Below the pieces are notes generated by a model. That model was not told the origin of the DNA. It saw only the letters and a program-made list of their open reading frames with translations, and did not search any database. The translations under genes were made by a program, and so were the position numbers. A DNA stretch of 63,136 nucleotides, counting the filler, from Chiloscyllium plagiosum (taxonomy: Eukaryota), in NCBI RefSeq assembly GCF_004010195.1. It is 6 parts of one record of this genome, joined end to end, with 100 filler letters (N's around TTAATTAATTAA, not from the genome) between each part and the next. Parts side by side here need not be neighbours in the genome. Positions count along the whole stretch, not along the records: positions 1 to 24,527 come from NC_057715.1; 5 more parts are not named here. One strand, written 5' to 3'. Of the stretch, positions 11,486-24,129 are shown one piece after another (positions within the stretch are counted from its first letter, which is position 1; each line of letters opens with the position of its first letter).

Positions 11486-12749
11486 AGAAGTCTATAATAA
11501 CATCTCTGAACAGGGTTGATTAGAAAATAAGATCAATGTTTGCTGGAATCCTGGGATTGGTATTTGCTGGATTCCTTGCTTGTCCCTGCATCAGATCATG
11601 GAATTGCTTACATTCACCTGAGAGAATATGTTATATATACTAATTCTTCACAATTTTACATTGATACTCAATTTCAGCAATATTATTATAGTAAGGATAC
11701 AGATGCACAGCATTTAATACAAAATGTATTCAATAATGTGTATATTTTTCAACTTGAGTAACAAACCTATCATTGTTAACTGCAATCTGTCTGCATGTGT
11801 GGAACATTACCACCAACCCGTGTTTTGACCACACTTTCCCAGGAACTCATTGTAGTTTTCATGATAGTAGCTGGCATAATGAAGTTGAGAAAACCATGCT
11901 AACGTAGCTCACAAGGCTACAGTAGAGCAGGTACAAACAAATGTTACATGTTACAGTTCTTAGAAAATACCATGGTGTTTATTGCATCTGCTTGGAAGTT
12001 TATATGGCTTGTGAATTTGTTTTGGTTGATTTATGTATCTGTGCGAATGATTTTTTGGCAAACAAAATTGATGAGGAATAGGGACACTTCAACTTAAAGA
12101 ATTGCCTTATGGAAATCTGTCTGGCATTGGGTTGATTGAAATTTGGGTGAATGAGAGGCCATCAAATTGTGAAGAGCAAATTAAGAATTATGTATGATGA
12201 TGTGGAGACCCATTTCTTAAAAGATAGTCATCCTTAGGAAATCTCACTTCTGCATGCCACATCTTGACAATCTAAATCAAGTCCATTTCTACTAAGCAAT
12301 AGAATAATCTCCTTTCTCTCACTGCAGAGGGAAAATTATCAAATTGTTCCTGAATTGAGAGCAGTAAGTTGGATGATTCATTCAGTACATCATTCGGGAA
12401 ATGTGGTCAGGTGGTAACTCCTTCACAAAATCATAGCTAAATAGCTCCAGTTTATCTGTATCACAAACCCAAGATCAATTGTATTTGTAACTCAGCATTT
12501 TGTATCAGATGAATTATTTTGTACAAAGTTAAGATAGCAAAGCTTCACATTCCAGTTCTCTGGCTTGTGAAAACCCCCCACCCACAGTCAGTGTAATCAC
12601 CTGAAAATGTGATAATGTGGTTTCCTGCTCCTCATCTTTTTCTGATATCTACAAATAATCCACATCTCTCTCTCTCTCTCTCTAATGCAATTTCTCCACA
12701 TCAGCCAATCTCCCACTTTTGCCAACTGCCCTCATTATCAATGACCTTT

Positions 12750-13500
12750 TGAAGCTATTTACTTTTCCTTCCTTTGCACAAACTCATGTCTATAAAGATC
12801 ATGTTTTTGCCTCTATTTAACTTTCGCAGTTACAATTGTTTCTACGCAAAAAATTTTTTAGAATCACAAATGTTGATCCGCCAACAGAATGCAGGAATCC
12901 TGTGCTATTGGTTATTACTTTGATTGTGGATGTCTGCGACTAATCTATCATTTCCTAAGCTCATCTGCTGAAACTTAGTCTGTTTTCTCCCTCTCCTCTT
13001 GATCATACCACTGTTTGTGTGGCTGACATTTCACCTTGCACCCCCACAAAGCTGAGCTCATTCAAAACAGTGTTCCTCACATCAAATCTTATTCCTGCAC
13101 CATTATATTCTTGCTGACCTCCACTGGCTGTTCGTTTAGAAATGCTTCCATTTTATAATTGTTATTCCCAAAACTCTGTTCAACTTGTTCTCTGTAACTT
13201 CCGCCAGTCTTGCAATCTTCCAAAATCTCTGTGCTACTTCAATTCTGGACTTCTGTGCAGCCTCAATTTTCATTTCTGTGCCATTGGATACTAAATCTTA
13301 ACTGTCGAGGATCTAATTCTCCCTTTAAATTTTCTCTGTACTTTTCCTCTTCCTGTGAGACATTTGTTCAAAATTTCCATTTGACGAAGCAGTTGGTAAC
13401 TTGTGCAAATAACATCTCATTGATTCAGTAGCAAAATGTAACTGTTTTAAGCTCCTGTGCAACAGTATGGTCTTATATAAATTCGTGTTGTTGAGTGAGG
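12750..13500 (+). mobile_element. Ancient L2 LINE 3' fragment
   Basis: Decayed I..LADLHWL..R..F.I motif near 13100-13170 followed by an L2-like 3' region. Confidence 0.5.
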
Positions 13501-13559
13501 TGGAAGGGAGTTTGGAGCACAAATTATGGCATTGTTTATAGGATAAGACAGCCGTGGAC

Positions 13560-14000
13560 TACTTGCAGACTGGGACTCGGGATGAGGTGCCTTCCTAATC
13601 GGGCCTTTGGTGCCCCGTGAAGACACCTCCCGGTGACAATGGCTACCCCAGCCAAAACAACCTATATCTCCCTGTCCTCTCTAATCACTCACCACTCCTG
13701 AACCATTAATCACCCTCCAATCTCTGGCACCTCACCCAAGGCTGTAGGCAACACAAGTATTTCTGCTAGTGGCCCCACAATTTCTTCCTTAGGTTCCCAC
13801 AATGTCCTGGGATACACTTGATCAGGTCCCAGGGATTTATCTACCTTGTATGTGTTTTCAGACCTCCACCACCACCCCTTCTGTAATGTGGACTGATTTT
13901 AAAACATCACTATTTATTTCCCGAAATTCTCGAGTTCCATGTCTATCTCCACCGTAAATATTGAAACGAAATATTCATTTAGTATCTCACCTATCTCTTG
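13560..14000 (-). mobile_element. CR1 LINE internal fragments
   Basis: Reverse complement of 13765-14000 matches the CR1 ORF2 linker (DKSLGPDQVYPRTLWE). Confidence 0.6.
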
Positions 14001-14574
14001 AAATTGGAACTGAAATTTAGAAGCATCTACTTTTTAATTTTTTTTTAAAAAACTACTGTCAAAATTTCTCCTGCTCTAGTAAGTTATCTTACTCCTTGGA
14101 GAAAACTATGTTAAGGGAGTAATGAATGCTTTATGATATTCTAGGTTTTAATGCGAATTCAACAGAGGTCATGCTGAAGCTGTGCAATAGCTTTTTCAGG
14201 TTGCAACTAGAGTACAATATAGAATTCTGGTCCCAATTACATAAGCCCAAAGTGTGAAACAGGTCAGAGAAGAATAATCGAAGTGAACCTCTGAGGCAAA
14301 GATAAACATTATGAGGATTGACTGGATGAGTTGAGGTACTTCAATCGAAAGAGACACCTGAAAGATGATCTTACGTAGATTACATGGTAGAGTAGACAAA
14401 CTAGATCAGGACTTGCAAAAGTCAAGATGACAACTGTACAGAATTAATATCAGTAGGTACATCTTTACAGAGAGGTTGATAGGACCTAACTCTGAAATAA
14501 TTTACAAAACTGTCGGCTGGAGTAAAGACAAGATGGCAGGGCTAGTGTTCTGAATGGAGTCAGATACACTACAG

Positions 14575-15396
14575 TCGAGAGTGTGGTGCTAGAAAAGCAC
14601 AGCAGGTCAGGCAGCATCTGAGAAGCAGGAAAATTGATCTTTCAGGCAAAAGCCCTACATCAGGAATGCGGCTGGGAGCCTAGGAGATGGAGAGATAGAT
14701 GAGTGGGGAGTGGGGCTGGGGAAAGGTAGCTAAGAGTGCAATAGGTGGATGGAGGTGGGGATAATAGTGATAGGTCAGAGAGGAGGGTGAAGTGGATTGG
14801 TGGGAAGGAAGATGGACAGCTAGGACAGGTTATGAGGGAGGTGCCGAGTTGGAAGGTTGGATCTGCGATAAGGTGGGGGGAGGGGAAATGAGGAAACTGG
14901 TGAAATCCACATTGATGCCATGGGGTTGGAGGGTCCTGAAGCGGTAGATGAGGTGTTCTTCCTCCAGGCGTCAGGTGGTTAGGGAGTGGTGATGGAGGAG
15001 GTGCAGAACCTGCATGTGCTTGGCGGAGTGAGAGGGGGAGTTGAAGTGCTCGGCCACGGGGCGGTGGGCTAGGTTGGTGCGAGTGTCCCGGAAATGTTCT
15101 CTGATGCGGTCTGCAAGTAAGCGCCTTGTCTCCCCAGTGCAGAGGATACCGCATTGGGAGCAACAGATGCAGTAAATGGCGTGTGGATGTGCAGGTGAAA
15201 CTTTGGATGTGGAAGGCTCCTTTGGGACTTGGACAGTAGTAAGGGGAGTTCCCATTTATCTCTCCACCACCTAGGCTCCCAGCTTTTGCCCAAAACGTCG
15301 ACTTTCCTGCTCCTTGGATGCTGTCTGACCTACTGTGCTTTTCCAGCACCACACTCTCGACTCTAATCTCCAGCATCTACAGTCCTCACTTTCGCC
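14575..15396 (-). mobile_element. PLE family 1: GIY-YIG endonuclease C-terminus + pLTR, with an inverted pLTR; 15-bp TSD
   Basis: IYCICCSQCGILCTGET.R.LADRIREH...PVAEHFNSPSHS (ORF 14971-15255). TCAGATACACTACAG at 14560-14574 and 15397-15411. Confidence 0.85.
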
Positions 15397-15489
15397 TCAG
15401 ATACACTACAGGGCCATTTTTGCATGAGTTTGCTCTGTGATCATTGTAATAATATTCTTGTTTCATCAAAATGCAATACAAGATTGAAT

Positions 15490-16593
15490 AGGACAGAGTG
15501 GTAGACGTTATTTACTTAAACTTTAGTAAAGCCTTTGATAAGGTTCTGCATGGTAGACTAATTAGTAAAGTTAGATCACATGGGATTCAGGGGGAGCTTG
15601 CTAATTGGATACAAAATTGGCTTTATGGTGTGAGGTAGAGGGTGATGTTGGAGGATTGTTTTTTGGACTGGGAGCCTGTGACCAGTGATGTTCCACAGGG
15701 TTCAGTACAAGGTCCACCTTTATTTGTCACTTATATAAATGATTTGGATGAGAATATAGGAGGCGTGGTTAGTACATTTGTGAATGCAACCAAAATTGGT
15801 GGATATTGAAGAAAGGTATCTAGGATTACAAAGAATGCAAGGTATTGAATTTTGGTAAAACAAACAAGGGTTGGCAGTTTTACAATTAATGGTAGGACCC
15901 TGAATAGTGTTGTAAAACAGAGACCAAGGGGGTTCAGATGCATAATTCCTTGAAATTTTCCATCACAGGCAGACAGGGTGGTTAAGAAGGTATTTAGCAT
16001 GCCTTCATTACTCAGACCTTTGAGTACAGGAGTTTGGTTGTCATGTTGAGGTTGCACAAGATGTTGGTAAGGCCTCTTCTGGAGTATAGTGTACGGTTCT
16101 GGTCACATTGGAAGGATATTATTACAATGGAGAGGGTTCAAGAAAGATTTACCAGGATATTGCCAGGAGTGGAGGGTTTGAGTTATAAAAACAGGCTGGA
16201 TGATCTGGTACTTCTTTCACTGGAGCATAGGAGATAAGGATGATCTTCTAGAATTAGGCATAGACAATGTGAATAGTGAAAGTCTTTTCCCAAGGTGTTG
16301 GAGATCAAAACTAGGGGGCATATTTTTAAGGTGAGAGGAGAAAGTTTTAAAAAGGACATGGGCAACTTTTTCTACACAGTGGTTAGTGTGTGGAATGAAC
16401 TGCCAAAGGAAGTGATGGATGCAGGTACAGTTACAACATTTTAGAAAACATTTGGATAAGTACATGAACAGGAAAGGTTTGGAGGGACATGGGAAAAATA
16501 CAGGCAGGTGGGACTAGTTCAGTTCGGGAATATGTCAGCACGGATTAGTTGGACAGAAGGGTCTGTTTCTGACCCATAAGACTCTATGACTCT
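15490..16593 (+). mobile_element. CR1 LINE RT + 3' end
   Basis: VDVIYLNFSKAFDKV, VPQGSV and LVRPLLEYSVRFWS motifs; actctatgactcta tail. Confidence 0.9.
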
Positions 16594-18479
16594 AAATGAG
16601 GTATGTGATAATCCACAGACAGAGCCTTGGAATAGTTGGGAATACTCTTGAGCAATGATCATGTGATAACATCTGACTGCTTGGTTTATTTCCATTTTGA
16701 ACACTTCAAGGGTTCAAAGGTGATAATAACACAATCACATAGGTGAGATGATCTAGATCAGAATTGCAGTGGGAAAGTTAGCATTGGCCTCAGTATTCTT
16801 CAAATGAGGAGGAGAAAACTGGTAGGAACCATTTTTCTGAATACTATTCAGCAAGTCTTGCTGAAAGATTCATGTGAGGACACAACCTGTTTTATTTTTG
16901 TATTCTCAAATCATTAACTTTTTTGCTTCAGTTTAATTGCATTATATTGAAGGGACATTTTTCTTTGCACTCTAAATATACAACATCTTGGGTAAAATCT
17001 CCCAGTTCAGACAAAAAGTTGTCCAGTTATTTTTTCAAGATATTACTGGCTATAATTCAGGAAACTGTATGACAGATTATAGGCATAAAGGCAGCAACAA
17101 GATTTATCTTCACAGAAATATTTTCTTTCTTTTGTAGCAGTAGCTCCAATGCTCCATACTTAAATGTCCCAAAGTGATTTTGACAGCATTTGAGGGAAAG
17201 TAAAGGTGTAATAAGTAGGGGATACAGTAGCGGTGGGTGTGGGATAGGATATCAGATGAGTGATGGAATATAGGTCACAGCTGGATGAGAGTGTACAGGT
17301 GGCAGTGCCAAGAGGGTGGCAAGTAGAAGAGGTGGTAGTGTGGCAGTTACATGAGGGATGTAGAGTGCCAGGAGTGTGAGAGAGTGCATTGGTAGGTAAG
17401 AGAATAGGTGGTGGGCAGATGTCAGGAGAAGCATTTGAGTGTCCGGGGTAGTAGGGTGCTGAGTTGAGTGTTTGGGGATGGATTTAGTCAGTGCCATTGA
17501 GGTGAGGGGTCCTGGATTCAGTGTCCTTCAGGAACGGTGGGCCTTGAGTACTTGCTGTGGTTAGAATGAGAGGGTGGTCAGGTCTTAGTGGTAGGTGTGG
17601 ATGTGGTGTGAGGGTAAATGTTAGGTACTGGATTGGGTGATAGAACACGCAGAGTGAGTGATTGCGCAAGTCAGAGGTCAGTTTTCGAGTTAGTCTGGAG
17701 GTTGTACTTTTAATCCTCTGACCTTTCCTGGTTAACTGTTTAGGTCAGTAAGTCGGGACCCTCCAAAGTCTCGAGAGTTTGGGAAGCTTTATCAGAGGAT
17801 TCCCGATGTGGAGTAATTGCCCATTGGAAGTTGAAACTTCCAGGGGAAAATCCCACATAATCAGTGCATCAGAATTTCCGAGAGATCTCAAAGCATGTCT
17901 TCCAGTGTATGGCTATCTGGAGACCAGTTGATCTGAGCAATAAGGATCTGGAATTATCTAGCTCTGCAAAGAGTCTTAATGAATGTCAGTGCTGGGCTCA
18001 GTATATAAATTTGACTCACTGCATTCCTAATATAGAAATGATTCATGAACTTACCATTTACTGACGATTTTATCGCATTGACTCAAACCGGCAGTGAAAC
18101 ATTTGCTGATGCACAGTCCTCAGTGGCTGCTTGCTTGGCACAATGACATTATACACACTGCTGCCCTAAAATGGCAAGTCGATCAGAGTCGATTGAGAAG
18201 CTCGATGTAACAGTCAGAAAGGTATTATGGATTTCTGGCAGGTGTTTGCTTGCAGCTTTGAAAATAATGGTAGTTTGGTGTACTGGTATTTTTTTCTCAG
18301 GGATGAAAAATATATACTATGCTATAAGGATCAAAACCAGAAGCACTCCAGCAGCATTGAGAAAGGATTGATTTTGTTAAGTGAACCCTGTAGTGAAAAG
18401 AGTGGGCAAAGTGAGGACTGTATGGCATGCAGTCAGGTTAGTGATGCTGAGAAGGGCACAACCTGTGAGATTCTACACA

Positions 18480-19165
18480 TATGCCCGGTTTGGCTATGAC
18501 TCAGCATGCTGCCCCTAAAGCAGCTGCGTTGGGGGGGTGGGGGGGTGTGGGGTGGGAGGTGGGTGGGACCGGGGTGGGGCGGACAGTATAGTGGTGCTGT
18601 TGGGACTGTTATACATCTCTGGCTGGAATGTACCTTTGCAAAGAACATTGTGGAGAAAGGTGCAGTGGTTTTTGTTGAGGTTGATCCCAACAGCTCTGTG
18701 ACCTGGGTTTCTGTGCGCAATGGCTGTTCCCCAGGACGCTCACCAAGATGAACATTGACCGTGCCTGGAGGATCATCAACTTGGTGAAAGATGCTCTTTG
18801 GTCTACCCGAACCTTGTTAGTCTTTCAAAGCAAGGAGTTGATCTTAACCATGTGTTGCAAACTGGCACATTTCAAGGTCCAGGACCACATACTGAGAGAT
18901 GCACTAAACCTTGGGGCATCTGCCGCCAAGGCGCAGCGGGTGAAGACCACTGTCTGAGGCCTTCCTGCTGAAGTTACTTGGAGATTCATTCAGTTATCAG
19001 ATCCTCCTAGTGCCTCAATGTCTGTAAATGTAATTTTGTATGTGTAAGAGATGTCTTTGGTTTGTTGGGATAGAGTCAACCTCAAATGTTTGTTGAGAAT
19101 CAAACAGCATTTGTAACTAAACTCAGATTTTTATGAAAAAAAGTATTTATTTAAAATTGAAAAAA
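18480..19165 (+). mobile_element. Tx1-clade L1 ORF2 C-terminus + 3'UTR + A-rich tail
   Basis: TVIHLWLECTFAK zinc-knuckle remnant and WRIINLVKDALWSTR...HFKVQDHILRDALNLGASAAKAQRVKTTV* (ORF 18748-18957). Confidence 0.75.
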
Positions 19166-19204
19166 AGTCAGCATCGCTGAGAGGAGTGGGTGAGATGAGG
19201 ACCC

Positions 19205-19690
19205 TGTTGAGAATGTGTACAGGGTTTTAGCAGGTAGGGAAAGAGTTAAGTTTTGTGAAACAAGAGGTTCTGCTGAGCATGACTCAGATCAGATAAGAAT
19301 TTGCAGTTAACAATGGGGTGATAAAGACAAGGGTAATGGGTTAACAAGGTGGAAAAGCATTCATTATGTAGAGCCATTTAACAATATTGGAAGGATTCAG
19401 TATGTAAGATCAGTTTAACAAGGTGAAAACTATTACTATTGATACTCGCTGATTGTAACAGTCACCCAATCAATATATATGTTGCCTTAGCTGGATGCTC
19501 CTCCCTGTAAAATGACTATGTAATTCAATAAGAAACTGCTGTTTGAGAGAGAAGACAGAGAGCTAATTTCTCTGTACACGGGGCAAACGTTCTCTCTTTC
19601 TCTAAGGCCCAGAATAAAGATGAAGGAGATAAAATTATATAGTGTCTCTGAATGTTTTATTTCGGGGGCAAGGGGGGGTAAGGGTCGACG
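19205..19690 (+). mobile_element. Possible LTR-like insert
   Basis: Interrupts CR1 ORF1, starts TGTTGA, and has AATAAA plus a U5-like GT-rich end. No clear TSD. Confidence 0.3.
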
Positions 19691-19850
19691 CTGTGACAGA
19701 TTTAAGGAGTTGGAAAGGGAATTGAAGAGCAGGTATTGATCTCTGGATTACTCCTAGTGTCACACTGTGGGGAGTAATGGATTATAAGGGTATACCAGAT
19801 GAATATGTCGCTGGAGAGATGGTACAATCGGGAAGTCTTTAGACTCCTGG

Positions 19851-20573
19851 TGTTATGAAGGTGTAGTTACGTACTATACCTTTGAGAAAGAGGAAGCTAG
19901 CAAGGACTGACTGAAAGAACAGAGTGCTGAACAAGGTAAAAATGTAACACCTGGTTGAAATGAATAGCTGGAGTTGTGTTGCCATGGAACAAAAACAAAT
20001 TCAAATTCAACCAATCAGTTTAAATTATGCCCCAGATACCAAAATCCAATTGAATTTGAATTTAATGTTTTGATGACATCAAACCAATGAAATGATTCTA
20101 TGTTTTGGGGTGTAAAATCAGACATTTTGAACAGTTAAGAGGGAGAATCGCAAAGAGCACCAACAAGTACAGACTGCTAGCCAAATAGCTCTCTGAAAGG
20201 TACCTGTCCATAAGAAAAGTTGTGCAGCAGAAGACCGAAGAAAAGATGACCCAGGAAAAGCCAGAGAAAAATTGCCAGAGCTGAACTGGTTTTGAAATGT
20301 GATTAATCTTTTTTGTAAATCTTTATTGTTTTTTTTTTAATCAGACCGGTATTGTAGAGTGGGAGGTAAACGATCGGTTTAAGAGAAAGAAGTTGTAAAT
20401 AATTGTTTTAAGGTTCTGTATTGGACTTAAAGAATAAAATTGTTAGTTTTTACATTAAATAGTGAAATCTAGGATAGTTCTTTGCCTCTTGAAATTTAAC
20501 AGCTTACAAGGCGAGGTGAGCTTCTCTTGTGTCGGGTTAAAATTAATGGAGGGGTTTACCCAGTATCATAACA
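19851..20573 (+). mobile_element. Solo LTR (723 bp), Gypsy-like 4-bp TSD
   Basis: Perfect terminal inverted 8-mers TGTTATGA / TCATAACA. CTGG duplicated at 19847-19850 and 20574-20577. AATAAA near 20432. Confidence 0.85.
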
Positions 20574-22455
20574 CTGGGCCATTGGGACTGTTTCAGGAGT
20601 AGGTGAGACATGTGCAAGTTGGACAGGTTACATCACAACAGGAACAGGACCACTAGCCTCTTGGGGAGATTTGCCAATGCTGTTAAGGCAGTGCTAAAGT
20701 AGACTGGCAGGGGAATGGAATCCTAACAAGGAGTTCAGAGGGGAGAAAAACTGAGGTGGAATTAGACGTTAAAATGCAAGTGAGTCTGAAACAGAGGAAA
20801 CATAAGTTCGATAAGAAAGAAGCGAGTTTTGCAAGGCTAAATAGAAAATATTTTAATGCATGGCATCTGATGAATAAGATAAGTGATTTGAGAGCATAGA
20901 TAGTCACAAAGGAGTATAATATATAGCTATGACTGCGACTTGGCTAAAGGATAGATAGGACTAGCAGTTCAACATTCCTGGTTAAAGGGTATTCAGATGA
21001 GATAGAGCAGGGAATGCGTGGGGATGGAGGGTGCAAATCACAGTTTTGATCAAGGAATCAGTTATAGCAATGAGGAGGGATGATATCTTGGAGGGATCAC
21101 CAGTGGGGCCCTGTAGGTAGAATTGTTGCTTTTACGAAGGGTAATCACGCTCTTGAGTGTACAAATAATCAGGGAGAAATAGTAGATCAAATATGCAAAC
21201 AAATTTCAGAAAGATTTAAAAATAAGACAATAACAGTTTGGGATTTTAACTACCCAAATATTAAGTGGGATAGTTTTAGTGTACAAGGTAGGGAGATAAC
21301 AAAATTTTTAAACTGCATCCTAGAGACATTTTAACTTTTTCAACTTTTTTAGTATATAAAGTCCAAACAAGAGAGGTCAGTTTTGGACCTAAATACTCAG
21401 AAATGAGCCTGCCAGGTAAAAGTGTGTCAGTGGCGAAGCATTTTGGAGATAGTGTCGATAACTTAGTTAGATATAGGATTGTTATGGAAGAGGATAGAAT
21501 GGTCAGAAATAAAGGGTCTAATTTTAGTTTTATTAAGATATTATTTGGCCCAAGTGGGCTAGGAGAAGCTGCGCGTAGATAGAGCTGTGCCAGAGCAGTC
21601 GGAGACATTCAATAAGAAAATATAGAGATTACATGGCAAATGTGTTTATGTAAAGTCAAAGAGTGGGACCAAATCTGAAGAACCCTGGTTGTCAAGATTA
21701 AGAAAAACAGAAGCTGATGGCAGGTTCTGAAGTTCCAACAAGACAGAATGACCTGAGAAGTATAAAAAGTGCAGGGGTCAGTTAAAAAGGAAATGATAAA
21801 AGCTAAGAAGGAGCAAGAGAAAGCATTGGCAGATAGAATAAAGAAAAACCCAAGTAGTTTTATAATTTTGTAAAGAGTAATAAAAAACTAGAGGAATAAT
21901 GTGGCCTATGAGGGACCATAACGTAATCCATATGTGGGCCCAGAAAATATGGGTACAGTCTTCAATGAATACTTTACATCAGGCTTCGCAATAGAAAAGG
22001 ATAATGCAGACATAGACATCAGTTTGGAGGCCTGTGAAATATTAGAAGAAGTTAGCATACAGACAGAGGAGGTACTCCAAAAAATTAATAACCTGAAAGG
22101 TGGATACTTTCACAGGCCCTGATGAGAAGTATCCCAAGCTGTTGAGGGAGGCAAGGGAGAAGATATCAAAGACTCTTGTAGTAATTTTCAAATCTTTGCC
22201 CAGGGGTGAGGTGTCAAAGGAATGCTGGCATTGTTGCACATAAGTCAGTCCATCCTCGGTAGCGTGGAAGTTATTAGAAAGATTTCACAGAGACAGAATA
22301 TATTTGCAGTTCAAGAGGTGTGGATTAATCACGAATAGTCAGTATGGATTTATTAAGGAGCAGTTGTGGCTGACAGAATTTGGGTGAATTTTTTTGAGGA
22401 GGTAACCAAGAGTGCTAACAACGCATTTGATGTCATATACATGAGCTTGAGCAAA

Positions 22456-22785
22456 GCACGGTGGCTCAGTAATTAACACGTTGCCTCACAATGCCAGGGA
22501 CCCAGGTTCAATTCTAGCCTTGGGCGACAGCCTGTGTAGAGGTTGCACGCTTTCTCCAGGTGCTCCAGTTTCCTCCCACAGTCCAAAGATGTGTACATTT
22601 GGTGGATTGGGTCATGCTAAGTTACCCATAGTGCCCAGGGATGTGCAGACTAGGTGGGTTAGCCATGGGAAATAGAGTTACAGGGATAGGGAAAGGGGCT
22701 CGGTCTACGTGGAACACTGTTCAGAGTATTGGTGTGGACTTGATGGGCCGAATGGCCTGCTTCCATACTGTAGGGATTCCATGAT
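22456..22785 (+). mobile_element. HE1-like V-SINE
   Basis: tRNA head (GGTGGCTCAG…GGTTCAATTC), V-domain (ggtgctccagtttcctcccacagtccaaagat) and a CR1-type tail. Confidence 0.8.
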
Positions 22786-23413
22786 AAGGTCCCTCATGGC
22801 AAATTGGTCAAGAAAATAAGAGCCCACAGGATTCAAGGCAAAATGATACAATGGATTCAGGATTAGCTGAGAGTCAAGAAGCAGAGGGGATGGGAGAGGC
22901 GTGTTCCTGTGACTGGAAATCTGTTTCCAACTGGGGCTCTAGTGCTGGGGCTTTGCTGTTAATAGTGTACATTCATGATTTAGACTTCAATGTAGAGGAT
23001 ATGGTCAGGATGTTCACAGGTGAAACAAAAATTGATAAGATGGTTAAATAGTATGGAGGATAGCTAGAAACTGCAGAGGGCTGTCGATGGACTGCTCAGG
23101 TGTAAGAGCAGTGACCAATGGAATTCCAGCTGAAAAAGAGTGAGATAATGCACTTGGGGGATGCTAACAAAGTGAAGAAATACAATAAGTATGGTAGGGT
23201 CAGAGAAAGTACTGAAGATCACTAGGAGCATGGAGTGCCGGTCCACTGATCCCTGAATGTAGAAAGAAGGTGGATAACGTGATTAAGAAGTCATGTGCTT
23301 ACTTATTTTTATTAACTGAGGATAAATACAAGAGCAAAATAAGATAGTGCTTGGACCACAACCTGAGTAATGCGCACAGTTCTGATCACCACATGAAAGG
23401 AAGGATGTGATAA

Positions 23414-23548
23414 TAAAACAAAGAACTACAACTGCTGGAGATCTTTGAAAAGAAAGGAAATTGATGGTGGAACTCAGCAGGTCTGGCAATGTCTTGGCAA
23501 AAAAGCAGAGTTAACTTTTCAAGTCTGGTGAGTCTTTATCAGAATGGG
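23414..23548 (-). mobile_element. Old PLE-type pLTR fragment inserted in CR1
   Basis: ctgctggag…ctcagcaggtctggca…gagttaac pattern with a decayed hammerhead-like core on the minus strand. Similar piece at 40835-40937. Confidence 0.5.
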
Positions 23549-24129
23549 AAGCAATGAAGGAAAAATATGATTGCACTAGAAAAGATGCAAAGGAAGCTTA
23601 CCAGGAGCTGCCTGGGCTCAAGGCTCTGAGCTATGAGGAAAGATTGGATTGACTGGAGTTGATATCTTTGGATGGAGAAGTTTGAGAGGGAACCTGATAA
23701 TGTGTACAAGATTATGAGAGACAAAAATGTTGGGTGGATAGGAAGACACTTTTTTCAATCGTAGTGGGGTCAATAAACATAGATTTACAGTAGGAGACCG
23801 AAGGCTAAGTAAAGACTTGTGGAAGAGAAATATTTTGACTCAGAGGTTGGTGGGTGTCTGAAACCCAATGCTGGAAAGGGTGGTTGGGTCAGAAAGTCTG
23901 AATTAGTATTTAGATATTCATTTGGATTGCAATAGCCTCTAGAGCGATGAGTTAAAAGCTGGAAAATGGGGTTTGTTTAGTCAGATCTTTGTTGACTACA
24001 GGCGTAGTGGGCCAAATGGCTTTCTGCTATGCTATAAACATCTACGACTTGAATCCAATTCCTTTAAAACTAATATCTGCCAATGCTTTCTCCTGCTCCT
24101 TCTTAGCTTTTATCATTTCCTTTTTAATA

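Larger units (their letters stand above)
19166..24050 (+). mobile_element. Old, near-full CR1 LINE (ORF1 esterase remnant + ORF2 EN/RT), with nested inserts
   Basis: ISGLLLV..-type esterase remnant near 19740, EN motif DFNYPNI.WD near 21240, RT and 3'UTR to ~24050. Interrupted by LTR-like pieces, an HE1 SINE and a PLE fragment. Confidence 0.75.

Noticed and set aside
17200..17660. Strongly G/purine-biased tract giving Pro/His/Thr-rich minus-strand ORFs
   Set aside because: Low-complexity strand bias, with no domain and no splice structure.
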